From: a virus
Taxonomy: Duplodnaviria; Caudoviricetes
Virus record (IMG/VR): IMGVR_UViG_2671180089_000001
Location: 62,325-126,324 of that record
DNA length: 64,000 nucleotides
Reading direction: 5' to 3' (one strand)
Positions 1-9,566 of the stretch are shown in pieces. A program made the translations under genes and the position numbers. Below the pieces are notes generated by a model that saw only the letters and a list, made by a program, of their open reading frames with translations, was not told where the DNA came from and ran no database searches. How positions within the stretch are numbered: the stretch's first letter is position 1; each line of letters opens with the position of its first letter.

Positions 1-1300
1 CCCCTGCCACCACCGGGCGCACGGCCGCATTGTCGAAGCGGACCGCGCCGAGCGTTGTCCCCGCCGACTCAAGGCGGATCCTCGCGTTCGCGGCCAGCGC
101 GGGCGCCGTCACCGTCGCGGTCATCCGCGTCCACGTCTCCCGCGCCGGCGTACTCGTCAGCGCCTTCCCGAAGGTGAGGCGAGTCCCGGCCGCGTCATCC
201 CACCGCGCCTGCAAGTTGATCTCGGTGCCGTTCCAGTCGCTGGACACCCAGTAGTCGACAGCCAGGTACAGCTGGTCGCCCGGCAGCACGGGCACGTTGG
301 TGACAGGCACCTGGAAGGTGGAGGGGGCGGCGGCAACGCAGTCGATTTTGATGCTGGCCGGCGACCCGTTGCCCATCGTCTTGTCCTGCGACGCGTAGGC
401 GATCCCGGCGACCTGCGCGGCTGTGTAGGCGCCCTCGAACGACGGGTCGGACAGCAGGTTGGAGCCGCCGATTATCGTCAGCTTCTCTGCCGTCACGGAC
501 CCTGCTGCGATCTCGCGGGCCGTGACGGCGTCTGTCGCGATCTTTCCTGCGACGACCGCGTTCGCGGCGATCGCTGGTCCTGTCACCGCGTTCTCGGCGA
601 GCTTCCCGACCTTGACGGCGTTGTCGGCGAGTTTCTCGGTGAGGATTGCGCCATCGGCAAGTGCAGTCGTCCCGACCGCGCCGAGTGCGATCTTCGCCTC
701 CGTGACAGCGTTCTCGGCGAGCTTGACCTCGGTGACGATCCCGTCGATGAGGTCCTGCTCCACGGCCTGGCGCGGCTTGCCCGCCACAGCCACTGAGGGA
801 GCGCCGGTCAGGCCCGCGGTGCTGAGGGCGATCAGGCGCACCCAGCGCTCCTCGTAGCCCTCTACCGCGACGGTGACGCTTCCGCCGGTGACGTCGGTGA
901 TGGCCGCGGCCAGGGTGACGGGCTCGGGGGTGAAGTCGGCGGCCGGGCCCAGGTGGACCTGCAGCGCGGCGAAGTCGGTGGGCGGCGCGTTGGAGTCGTC
1001 CCACCAGCCGTCCCAGGTGACGACCAGGCCGGCCAGTGCGGGGGCCACAAGGGGGGCGCCGGGCGTGGGCGGCGGGACGGCGGCCGCGGGCTCCGGCACC
1101 AGCGCGATACCGCCGTCCGGCTGCACGCCCACCGACCCGGCGAGCGTGCCGTCCTCGGTGTAGATGTCGAGGGTGCCGCCCTCGATGCTGGTGTACGCGG
1201 CCTTGGACGTGCGCTCGAGGTCCCGGAGGCGCCGGTCATAGTCCGCCAGGAGCGCGGCGAAGCGCTTGGCGTCTGACTGATCGTCCAGGAAGTTGACCAT
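1..1300 (-). CDS. Tail fibre / receptor-binding minor tail protein (runs off window start)
   Basis: Not in ORF track; read manually from ATG at 1300 (MVNFLDDQSDAKRFAALLADYDRRLRDLER...). Has ~10-aa repeats (ENAVTEAKIA, DGAILTEKLA, DNAVKVGKLA) and then an NLLSDPSFE carbohydrate-binding-like domain. Confidence 0.8.
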   Translation of the reverse strand, partial: MVNFLDDQSDAKRFAALLADYDRRLRDLERTSKAAYTSIEGGTLDIYTEDGTLAGSVGVQPDGGIALVPEPAAAVPPPTPGAPLVAPALAGLVVTWDGWWDDSNAPPTDFAALQVHLGPAADFTPEPVTLAAAITDVTGGSVTVAVEGYEERWVRLIALSTAGLTGAPSVAVAGKPRQAVEQDLIDGIVTEVKLAENAVTEAKIALGAVGTTALADGAILTEKLADNAVKVGKLAENAVTGPAIAANAVVAGKIATDAVTAREIAAGSVTAEKLTIIGGSNLLSDPSFEGAYTAAQVAGIAYASQDKTMGNGSPASIKIDCVAAAPSTFQVPVTNVPVLPGDQLYLAVDYWVSSDWNGTEINLQARWDDAAGTRLTFGKALTSTPARETWTRMTATVTAPALAANARIRLESAGTTLGAVRFDNAAVRPVVAG

Positions 1301-1308
1301 GGCGCGGG

Positions 1309-1339
1309 ATGGTCAACGGCCCGGGTGGTTAGTGTCGCG
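1309..1339 (-). promoter_or_regulatory. Late-promoter-like motif
   Basis: CGCGAC ACTAAC N13 GACCAT, 8 nt before ATG. Confidence 0.75.
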
Positions 1340-1345
1340 TCCTGG

Positions 1346-2560
1346 TTAGTAGTGGAAGCTGTCGGACCGTTTTAGGGCCAGGGTGATGAAGCCGTCGGCG
1401 CTGATCTCGTCACTGATGATGCGGTGCCACACATCGACGTCGCCGACCCACGGCACGTGCACCTGGACGCGGATGTCGTCGCCGAGGGCCCAGGAACCGA
1501 ACTTGGCGTTGGGGTGGTCGACGATCTGTATGGCGGGGATCTGCAGGGCGGCGGTGCGGCCGGCGAGTTCCTGCTGACCGCGCTTGCGCAGCGCCGTGGC
1601 GGAGGACAGCTTTTTGTCCGTCACCGTTGCCACCCGGCGCATGCGCCGGTTCGCCCAGGTTGCAATGTCGCTGACCTGGGCGCGCTTCATCTTGTGGCCC
1701 TCGCCCTTGCCCAAGACCATGACCTCGTTGGCGTAGTCGCCGCCCATCCCTTCCGGCTTGGCGATGGCGACGATGTTCTCCCCCTGCGCGAACCGGAGAT
1801 CGGTGCGCTTCCGGCCGAGACGGGGAGTCCCCAGTCTCAGCCGGTGGGTGATGTTGTTGCTCGTCGAGTTCTCCCAGGCGTGCGTCTCGATCCAGTCGAA
1901 CATGTACTGATTGACCAGGGTGTCGAGGGTCTGGCCGCAGTCGGGGTTATCCCACCAGGCGAGTTCCCATGGGTCCTCACCGTCGGCCGTTCCGAGCAGT
2001 TCCCCCTTGTTGTGGGTGTCAATGTCCAGGCCGATGTTCCCGAGGGGCTTGCCCTGGACGTGCGCCCAGATTCTGCGGAAGGCGTCGTAGACGTCGATCC
2101 GTGGGCCGGCGTACGGCTTCGGCGGCGCGGGGACCTTCTTCTTCGGTTTCGATCCGTCGATGTACCCGTCATGATTCTTGTCTTTTCCGGCATACGGATC
2201 TTTCGGGGTGATCTTCATACCGGAGATGATGTAGTTCTCAAACGGGATGCCGTGCGCGTACGTCGAGAACCCCTCGCAGGACACCGTGGCCTGCGCCCCG
2301 TCGTACGCGGTCTTGGTGACGATGCCTCCCCACCGGATCGCTCCGTCGATCTCGAGGTACAACTTCGTTCCCCACTCCTGCAGGATGGGGTCTCCGTCCG
2401 CGCCGATCATCCGGGCGTACTCCGGATCGATGGTCCCGACCATGGCGCCTGGACCCGACAGGTCCCGCTTCGGGTTCGAGGACAGCGTGAACGGCACCTG
2501 CCAGTCCAGAACGGTCTCTGTGAGCGCGCTCTGCGCGATGAATCGCCAACCGACCGGCAC
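1346..2560 (-). CDS. Minor tail protein (baseplate hub / Gp37-like)
   Basis: Position after Dit; WGG, LGEG-like and WxLGDxIRV motifs typical of actinophage hub proteins. Confidence 0.75.
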   Translation of the reverse strand: MPVGWRFIAQSALTETVLDWQVPFTLSSNPKRDLSGPGAMVGTIDPEYARMIGADGDPILQEWGTKLYLEIDGAIRWGGIVTKTAYDGAQATVSCEGFSTYAHGIPFENYIISGMKITPKDPYAGKDKNHDGYIDGSKPKKKVPAPPKPYAGPRIDVYDAFRRIWAHVQGKPLGNIGLDIDTHNKGELLGTADGEDPWELAWWDNPDCGQTLDTLVNQYMFDWIETHAWENSTSNNITHRLRLGTPRLGRKRTDLRFAQGENIVAIAKPEGMGGDYANEVMVLGKGEGHKMKRAQVSDIATWANRRMRRVATVTDKKLSSATALRKRGQQELAGRTAALQIPAIQIVDHPNAKFGSWALGDDIRVQVHVPWVGDVDVWHRIISDEISADGFITLALKRSDSFHY

Positions 2561-2563
2561 GGC

Positions 2564-3541
2564 TTACACCTCCTCCTCGTCCGGGCTCTCGACGAACTCG
2601 ACGTCCGCGACGATGGAGGTGCCGACGTCGACGGAGACGTCGCCGGTCTCGGTCTTGTACATGTACGTCTGCACGGACAGGGTCTGCGTCGTTCCGCGCA
2701 GCGCGCTGGACATGGCGAAGTTGTCGGCGAGGACGATCGTGGAGCGGCGGGTGTTGTTGCCGGAGTCGTCGTCGATGTACGTGTCCTGACCCAGGAGGGT
2801 GCTGCCCCACTTAGTTTGCATCCGGGCGTAGACGTCGGACTTCGTCATGCGGAAGCCGGCGAAGGTCACCACGAGCTTGGCCCGGGTCGCCCAGGACGGC
2901 ACGTCAATGTCCCAGGACGCGGCCGACGGCCAGTTGTGCCACTTATTGTCGCTGTAGGACAGCGTCGACAAGGCGCCAGGGAACGCGGTGTAGAGGCGCC
3001 GGTCGCGGCGGGGGCTCACCATGTCCCGCAGGTCCTTGATCATGCTCTGGGTGATCGACGAGGTGTTCGCGGGGATGTCGATGCGGCCCAGCGTGATCGC
3101 CGAGTCGTTCGGGCGGACCTGCCTGACGTCGGTGACCGTCTTCGCGACTCCGGAGATGATCCGCGTAAAGATGTACGGCCCGACCACGGGGTCAGACGGG
3201 TTCGGCCACGTCTCCCCGTACGAGTACGGGTTCTCGATCCGGGCCACGACCAGGTCGGAGCGCGCGGACGTCCCGGTCGCAGCGACGTTGACCGTGTCCG
3301 TCGCGGGCAGTCGTCCCGCGTACGCCTGGTACGTCGACCCGGTGGCCCGGTTGATGATCGCGCAGGCCCCGGGGCGTACCTGGATCTTGGCGGCCGGCGA
3401 CGACAACGCCTTCACCGCCAGGTCCCCGGAGCCGACCACACCCTGCGCGCCGCCGAACGCCGCGTACGCCAGAAGGCGCGCCACCTCGGAGCTGTGCTCG
3501 GCGCTGCCCTCGGTGAACCACGGCACGCTGTCCCACGCCAT
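2564..3541 (-). CDS. Minor tail protein
   Basis: RSDLVVARI and LGRIDIPANTSSIT motifs of actinophage minor tail proteins; GGAG RBS. Confidence 0.75.
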   Translation of the reverse strand: MAWDSVPWFTEGSAEHSSEVARLLAYAAFGGAQGVVGSGDLAVKALSSPAAKIQVRPGACAIINRATGSTYQAYAGRLPATDTVNVAATGTSARSDLVVARIENPYSYGETWPNPSDPVVGPYIFTRIISGVAKTVTDVRQVRPNDSAITLGRIDIPANTSSITQSMIKDLRDMVSPRRDRRLYTAFPGALSTLSYSDNKWHNWPSAASWDIDVPSWATRAKLVVTFAGFRMTKSDVYARMQTKWGSTLLGQDTYIDDDSGNNTRRSTIVLADNFAMSSALRGTTQTLSVQTYMYKTETGDVSVDVGTSIVADVEFVESPDEEEV

Positions 3542-3576
3542 CTCGTATCTCCTCTGCTGGTCCTGGTGGACAGCGG

Positions 3577-3607
3577 AGGATCACGGGCCCGGAGCGCTAA
3601 CGTCGCG
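3577..3607 (-). promoter_or_regulatory. Late-promoter-like motif
   Basis: CGCGAC GTTAGC N13 GATCCT. Confidence 0.75.
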
Positions 3608-3615
3608 TCCTGGCC

Positions 3616-4554
3616 TTACAGGTAGGCGTAGGCGTTGCGCCAGGCCACGGTCATGGACGCCGTGGCGGTTGCGTCGGTACCGCGGAGCACGAAGTCCTGG
3701 CGGCCGGGCGGGATGAGGAGGTCCTCGAGCAGCGGCGAGGACCTGGTTATGAGACCGGCCACGCTGCCACTGCCCCGCAGGACCGTACGGGCCCAGGGCC
3801 GCGGGTCGATGGTGACCTTCTCGCCGACGGCAAGCGTCAGGTTCAGGCCGAGTTTCCACTTGCCGACCAGTTCGCACACCGGCTGGGAGATCGGGCCCGT
3901 GATGGTGATGACCGGCCAGGCCGGGCGGTTGCCGCCCACGGTGATCTCGCCGGGGACGCGGACGGCGCCCTCGCCGATCATCGAGATTGGGGCCTTGAGT
4001 GGCCCCCTGATGCCGCGGTGCGGGGGTGGGGCCATGTCGACGCGCACGCTCTGTTCGACGTCGTCGAAGCTGCCGGTGTGCGCTGTGGCGAATGTGGCGA
4101 CGACGGGCGTGTATCCCAGCCTCGTCAGCTTCGACGCGGCCTTCGCGCACTGCCGGGGCCGCCCGTACCAGCGCCGCGCCCGTCCGCCCTGTGTCGTCGA
4201 CAGCACGGCGGGCGTGGCCATGCGGTCGCGGACCGCCCTCGCGTCCCATGCCTGCTTCATGACCGACACCGCGTCCAGGTTCGCCCCATGCCGCTCGAGC
4301 AGTGTGTCGCCGTCATCAACGGTGTCAACTCCAACCTCGAACGTGATGGTGGCGCCCGTGGTGTAGTCCTGGCCGTGCCGAATGCCGTCCTCCCGCGGGA
4401 GCGGGGTGTCGCCGGCCGTGATGTCGGTGTCCTTCACCTCGAAGTCGTCGAGCAGGTAGTAGCCCGTCCGCACGGTCCCAAAGGTGAAGGCGGCGCCCGG
4501 GTGCACCCCGTTTGCGCTGTACGTCAGCTTGAATTCGCCCTCAGCCAGAGGCAT
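3616..4554 (-). CDS. Distal tail (Dit)-like protein
   Basis: Immediately after tape measure; GNRPAWPVITITGP motif and WRNAY C-terminus. Confidence 0.75.
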   Translation of the reverse strand: MPLAEGEFKLTYSANGVHPGAAFTFGTVRTGYYLLDDFEVKDTDITAGDTPLPREDGIRHGQDYTTGATITFEVGVDTVDDGDTLLERHGANLDAVSVMKQAWDARAVRDRMATPAVLSTTQGGRARRWYGRPRQCAKAASKLTRLGYTPVVATFATAHTGSFDDVEQSVRVDMAPPPHRGIRGPLKAPISMIGEGAVRVPGEITVGGNRPAWPVITITGPISQPVCELVGKWKLGLNLTLAVGEKVTIDPRPWARTVLRGSGSVAGLITRSSPLLEDLLIPPGRQDFVLRGTDATATASMTVAWRNAYAYL

Positions 4555-7500
4555 ACGCACCTCCCAGTTTGATCCGCCGCAGTTCGAACATTGCGTCGCT
4601 CAGGGCCTGGCCCGCGCTGGTGGGAGCGCTGGTCATGTTCAGGTTCAGGTCGCCGCCGACGAGCGGGGTGGACGCCGGCGCCGTGGTCGCGCGGGGCCTG
4701 GTCGTGCTCGCGCTCGAACTGCGCACGCCGCCGGCCGCGTACTGGCGGAGAGCGCCCTGGGCGAAGTACACGACCTGGCCGCCGAACATCTGCGCCACGC
4801 GCTGGAGGATGGCCTCGCTGCGCCTGCGCTTGCCGGGGGCCAGCGGGATATAGGCCTCCCCCTGAGTCTCCGGCTCATTCCACACGCGGATCTCGCCCGG
4901 CCGCCCAATCTGCGCAATGTGCCGCTCGGCGCCGGCCGCGAACGCCTTGATCCTGTTGGTGGCAGCCCGGATGCCGCCGTTGGCGTACTGAACGATGCCG
5001 CCGTCCGCGTGGGTGCGGACCACGGACGGCTTGCCGGATTCGCTGTACTTGACGGTGACGTGCACGGTCTTACCGGTGAGCCCGTTGATGGCGCCCTGGA
5101 TGCGCTTCACGTTGGCCAGCGGCGTCCCCGTGGGAGCCGTGATTCGGACCGTCTTGCCGTTCGAGCCGTCAACGGTCTTGATCTTGTATCCGAGGTCTTT
5201 CAACGCCTGCTGGGCGACCTTCGTCGGCGCCTTGACGTCGATGGACTTGCCCTTGGGCAGGCCCGCCACCTTCTCCTGGACGTTCTTCAGGTCGCCCGCG
5301 GCCTGCTTGATGATGGCCTGGACGGTGACCTTCTTCTTGTCCGGGGCTCTGGCGATGTCCTCGGCCAGAGCGGAGATGTTGACGCGTGCGCTGCCGGTCG
5401 GAGCGGTGACCGACACCTTCTTGCTGCCGGGAATCCGCCGCACGGTGAAGCCCAGCGCCTCGATTTGCTCGCGCGCACCGATGGTGGGGGCGGTGATTTG
5501 GATGGACTTCCCCGGCTTGATGCTTTCGAGATCGCCGCGCAGACTGAGGAGCTCTGCCGTCGCCTTCGGGATGCCAACGGCGGTGATGAGCGTGGTGACG
5601 GTGTCCGGGACGAACCCCATCTGATCGGCGAGCGCCTTGGCCTGCGTCGTCGGGATTCCCATGTCGGTGGCAAGCTGGATGGCCTTGGCGCGGGCCCGCT
5701 CCATTGCCTCCTGGCCCTTGTCCATGGCGTCGGACATGGGCATCAGGCCCTGTTCCCCGGCCTCCCTTGCCCGGGTGGCGACGGCGAGCATGCCGTCGCG
5801 GAGCTGGGTGAGCTGGGTGTTGAGGGACTGGCCGTTCTTCGTCGCGGTGTTGACCAGGTGGTCGCTGCCGACGAGCGCCTTGCCCCAGCCGTCTGCCTTC
5901 GCGATGTTCGACTTCATCGTGTCGTCGATCTGAAGCATCACGGCGTTGAGCTGGGCTTCGGCGTCGTGGAAGGACTCGGTGTTCCCGTTGAGGGCCTCCA
6001 GCGCGCGCTTGAGGGCATTGACCCGCTCGTCTGCGGACTTCGTCTTGTCGCCGAAGGTCTGGACGGCGGCGCCGAGGCGGTCGTACGCGGTGTTACCCGT
6101 GGTGCCGGAGTTGTTGATGGCGTCGGCGAGTGCTTTGTGTTTCTTCGCCGCGTCCTGGAGCTCGCCCTTTACGGCGCCGAGGGCGTCCTTCGCGCGGATG
6201 GCAGCGAGGCCCTCGTCGTCCCATCCTTGTGAGACGCCCGCACTCGTCGTAATCCATTCCTCGTGGCCGTCGGCCGTCGCCTGGAGCTCTTTCTGCAGCG
6301 CCCCGAGGCTTTTCCCTTGACCGAGGTAGGCGTTCGTCAGCTCCCCAAGGCTGACGCCCGCCTCAGACATCACGTCGACGAGCTTGCCCTTGCCGTCGGC
6401 GAGCTCCGTGTCCTGGAGGAGCTGCGCGGCCTGGGCGCGCACGTTCGCGTCGATCGCGCCGCCGGAGGCGACCAGGGCGTCCGTCAGTGACTTGACGCGC
6501 TCCTGGTGGGCCTGGGTGGCGCGGGCCGCGTCTTCCTGCCGGGAGGCGAGGAGACCGAGTCCGATGGTGACGCCGGCGAGCGCGATACCGAGGGGGCCGC
6601 CGAGTGCCGAGGTGATGCCTCCGATGGCTCGTGAAGCGACGCGGTTGGCCGCGCCGATCCCGCGCATAGCGCCGGTGAACCGGTTCCCGGATGCTGCGGC
6701 ACCGGAGTAGGCGAGGCTCATCCGCTGCCACATGGTGACCTGCGGGCCGAGGACGCCGGGGCCCAGCGTGCCGCGCATCGTGTTTCCGAGGCCGCGTACG
6801 GATGTGCCCGCGGCCGTGACGGACGTGCCGAAGGAGCGCAGCATGGTTCCGACGGCCGTAACGACCTTGAGGGCGAGCATCGTGCCCAAGAAGGTCGCCA
6901 GGACGGTGTTCGCCCCCGGGATGATGCCCATCAACGTGTTGAAGACGTTCAGCAGACCGTTGAAGGCCATGAGCAGGACGCCGAGCCCGGACCCGGCCGA
7001 CGACAGGTTGCCGATCGCGGTGGCGATGTTCGAGATCACCGAGATGACTGCCGGGCCGACGGTCTGGCCGAGGGCCTCGAAGAAGGTGCCCAGCGCGGGC
7101 ATCAGTTCGGTGCGGATCTGCCGTACGAGGTCGGTGATCCCGCCGTCCTTCATGGTCCTGCCGAGACCACGCATCATGTCGCCGAACAACATGTTGACTT
7201 CGTGGAAGGCGGGAGCAGCGTCGGAGAAGAACTGCTTCATTGACTTCTGGCCGGCGCCGGAGTTCGCCCAGCGCTGGAATCGGAGCATGCTGCCCTCGAG
7301 GCCGTCGAGCAGGGCGTTACCGGTGTCCATCGCGGCCTTGCCGACACCGCCGAGGCCCTTGATCAGGCCGACGCTGGTCCGGCCGAGCTGCGCGGCCTTG
7401 TCCCCTGCGTGGTCGAGGAATTGGGCGAGGCTTCCGGTCTCCCGGCCCGCCTTCACGGAGGCGCGCCACCACTGGGTCATCCGCTCGCCGCCCTGGGCGA

Positions 7501-8599
7501 CGCGCTCGGCGAACGGCCCGCTCGCCACCAGGAAGTCCTTCGTGACGGACCCCATGTTCGCCAGGCTGTCCGTCAGGTGCCCGACGACCCGCGAGTTCGT
7601 CGACGCGATGGTCTTGAAGTCCTTGCGGAACGGACCCGTCTGCATGGCCTTGGCGCCACGTTCTGCCAGGGTGCCCATCTGCTTGGCGGAGTCGCCGAGG
7701 GCGTCCTTGAGGAGCGGGAAAACGGACTTCGCCAGGGGCTTGATGTCGTCGGCGACCTTGGAGAAGAACCGCTCGCTGACCGACATGCGGACCTTGCTCC
7801 AGGCCCCTTGCAGCGACGAGACGGCCTTGACCGCCTTACGGGCCGACGGGGAAAGCTTGTCGAGCGCCTCCTTGAGCTTTTCCTGCTGCGCCTTGGTGAC
7901 CTTGCCGTCCGCGGCGAGCATCTGTGCTGCGGCGTTCGTCTGCTTGAGCGCCTCGCCGAATCCGGAGAACGCGATCTTCGTGCCGATCGCTGCGGTGCCC
8001 GCCGCGGCGATCAGGCCGGGTATGGCGCCGAGGACACCGACTGCGGGTGCAGCAGAAGAGACGAGCGCGGTCAGGCCGGCGCCGTACTGGCCGATGAGTG
8101 CGACTGCGGGCTGGAGCAGAGAGACGATGGCGCCGATGCCGAGCATCCGCAGACTGCGGCCGCGGCCGCGGCCGCGGCCCGGCATCCGCATGTTGACGGG
8201 GACGTTGACCGGATTGCGGTCGGCCTCGCCCTGAGCGTTGGTGATGAGTCCGCGGAGGCGGGTGAGGAGGCCTCCGCCGCCGTTGGCGTCGCTGTCCCCG
8301 TCTGGGCGGATGGGGATGTTCAGGTCGGTGTCGTCGATGCGGCGCCGGATGCCGGCGAGGGTGGTGCGGAACCTGTCCTCGTCGATCTCGACGCGGATTT
8401 TCGCGGTGACGCCCTTGGACGCCTCCTTGACCGCTTCCTTGAGCCGTCGTTTCAGGCCCTTGGAGTTGACCTCGACCTTGATCTTGGCGGCCAGGCCCTC
8501 GGCGGCCGTCTCGACGGCCGTACGCAGCCGTTCAGCGAACCCCGAAAGGTCGGCGACGACCGGCACGTCGAGGCGGCCGGCCTGCAGGCCCTCAGCCAC
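4541..8599 (-). CDS. Tail tape measure protein
   Basis: 1352 aa, Ala/Gly-rich helical with hydrophobic stretches, ADGG/EPETxGEAYIPL C-terminus, follows tail chaperones. Confidence 0.92.
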   Translation of the reverse strand: MAEGLQAGRLDVPVVADLSGFAERLRTAVETAAEGLAAKIKVEVNSKGLKRRLKEAVKEASKGVTAKIRVEIDEDRFRTTLAGIRRRIDDTDLNIPIRPDGDSDANGGGGLLTRLRGLITNAQGEADRNPVNVPVNMRMPGRGRGRGRSLRMLGIGAIVSLLQPAVALIGQYGAGLTALVSSAAPAVGVLGAIPGLIAAAGTAAIGTKIAFSGFGEALKQTNAAAQMLAADGKVTKAQQEKLKEALDKLSPSARKAVKAVSSLQGAWSKVRMSVSERFFSKVADDIKPLAKSVFPLLKDALGDSAKQMGTLAERGAKAMQTGPFRKDFKTIASTNSRVVGHLTDSLANMGSVTKDFLVASGPFAERVAQGGERMTQWWRASVKAGRETGSLAQFLDHAGDKAAQLGRTSVGLIKGLGGVGKAAMDTGNALLDGLEGSMLRFQRWANSGAGQKSMKQFFSDAAPAFHEVNMLFGDMMRGLGRTMKDGGITDLVRQIRTELMPALGTFFEALGQTVGPAVISVISNIATAIGNLSSAGSGLGVLLMAFNGLLNVFNTLMGIIPGANTVLATFLGTMLALKVVTAVGTMLRSFGTSVTAAGTSVRGLGNTMRGTLGPGVLGPQVTMWQRMSLAYSGAAASGNRFTGAMRGIGAANRVASRAIGGITSALGGPLGIALAGVTIGLGLLASRQEDAARATQAHQERVKSLTDALVASGGAIDANVRAQAAQLLQDTELADGKGKLVDVMSEAGVSLGELTNAYLGQGKSLGALQKELQATADGHEEWITTSAGVSQGWDDEGLAAIRAKDALGAVKGELQDAAKKHKALADAINNSGTTGNTAYDRLGAAVQTFGDKTKSADERVNALKRALEALNGNTESFHDAEAQLNAVMLQIDDTMKSNIAKADGWGKALVGSDHLVNTATKNGQSLNTQLTQLRDGMLAVATRAREAGEQGLMPMSDAMDKGQEAMERARAKAIQLATDMGIPTTQAKALADQMGFVPDTVTTLITAVGIPKATAELLSLRGDLESIKPGKSIQITAPTIGAREQIEALGFTVRRIPGSKKVSVTAPTGSARVNISALAEDIARAPDKKKVTVQAIIKQAAGDLKNVQEKVAGLPKGKSIDVKAPTKVAQQALKDLGYKIKTVDGSNGKTVRITAPTGTPLANVKRIQGAINGLTGKTVHVTVKYSESGKPSVVRTHADGGIVQYANGGIRAATNRIKAFAAGAERHIAQIGRPGEIRVWNEPETQGEAYIPLAPGKRRRSEAILQRVAQMFGGQVVYFAQGALRQYAAGGVRSSSASTTRPRATTAPASTPLVGGDLNLNMTSAPTSAGQALSDAMFELRRIKLGGAYASG

Positions 8600-9038
8600 T
8601 TCGGACCATTCCTCTCTGCATGGCGGCGGCGAGCATCTGGCGGTGGCCGCTCATGCGGGGTGCCTGCGGTTCCGGGGCGGACTGCGACGGCCGGGGCGGT
8701 GTGCCGGGGCCGCTGCGCGTCGTGGCGTCGGAGCGCGGCGGGCGAACGATGGTTGTCGGCTCCTCGCGCCGCTTGTCGGCGGCCAGGAGCCCGATCTCCT
8801 CGACGGCGAGAGCCAGGAGCTCGAGGACCTTGGTCCAGCCACCGAGAGGGGCTGAACGGACCCGGGAGTCGTCTGGCAGGCCATCGACGAGGGAGATCAG
8901 TCGCCGGAGTCCAAGGAATCCGGGTTGTCCGGGACGAAGCCAGATACGTCGGGCGTCGACTCGGTGGAAGCGGGAGAGGTCGGACTCGACGTCTGCGAAT
9001 CGTTCGCGGACGAGTCGGCCGACCGAAAGAGCTTTCCC
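8592..9038 (-). CDS. Tail assembly chaperone, -1 frameshift extension (gpGT-like)
   Basis: Open -1 frame beginning at slippery GGGAAAG (9038-9032): GKALSVGRLVRERFADVESDLSRF... Confidence 0.85.
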   Translation of the reverse strand, partial: GKALSVGRLVRERFADVESDLSRFHRVDARRIWLRPGQPGFLGLRRLISLVDGLPDDSRVRSAPLGGWTKVLELLALAVEEIGLLAADKRREEPTTIVRPPRSDATTRSGPGTPPRPSQSAPEPQAPRMSGHRQMLAAAMQRGMVRSG

Positions 9039-9427
9039 AGCTCGACCCCGTAGACCTTGATGAGGCCGGTGGTCAGCCGGACGTAGTCGCCGATGGAAGG
9101 GCGCTTCTCGAGGAATCCCTCGTGCTGCTCGACCAGGAGGATCGCGTAGGTCTGCCGGATCGCGGCGAGGAACTTCCGCGGGAGGGTCGGGCGTCGGAAC
9201 AGGGCGGTGACGACCTCGGCGACGCCGGCGTCGCCGTCGGCCGATTCGATGACTTCGCCGAGGAGTTCGACCAGGCCGAGCTCGTCCGACAGGATCGGAT
9301 CGAGGGCCTCGGCGGGCAGTTCCGCCGGGAAGATGAACTGCTCTCCGCCGAACTTGACCGGGATGCCGTCGGGGTACAGAACCTCGCGGCGCTCGGCGTC
9401 CAGGTCGATGACGAACGACGTGTCCAT
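8897..9427 (-). CDS. Tail assembly chaperone (gpG-like)
   Basis: Between major tail and tape measure; start MDTSFVIDLD with GAGG RBS; contains slippery site. Confidence 0.85.
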   Translation of the reverse strand: MDTSFVIDLDAERREVLYPDGIPVKFGGEQFIFPAELPAEALDPILSDELGLVELLGEVIESADGDAGVAEVVTALFRRPTLPRKFLAAIRQTYAILLVEQHEGFLEKRPSIGDYVRLTTGLIKVYGVELGKLFRSADSSANDSQTSSPTSPASTESTPDVSGFVPDNPDSLDSGD

Positions 9428-9482
9428 GTGCGTGACCTCTTCGTGGGTGCGTAGCTGGGTTGCCGGGTGTGGCAGCGCGCGG

Positions 9483-9513
9483 ACAGTGGCAGCGCTGCAC
9501 GGCTTGTGTCGCG
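9483..9513 (-). promoter_or_regulatory. Late-promoter-like motif
   Basis: CGCGAC ACAAGC N13 CACTGT. Confidence 0.75.
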
Positions 9514-9566
9514 CCGTGCGGCCGCCCCCGCCTGAGCAGGGCGAAGAGGGCGGCCGCAGGGCTGGG

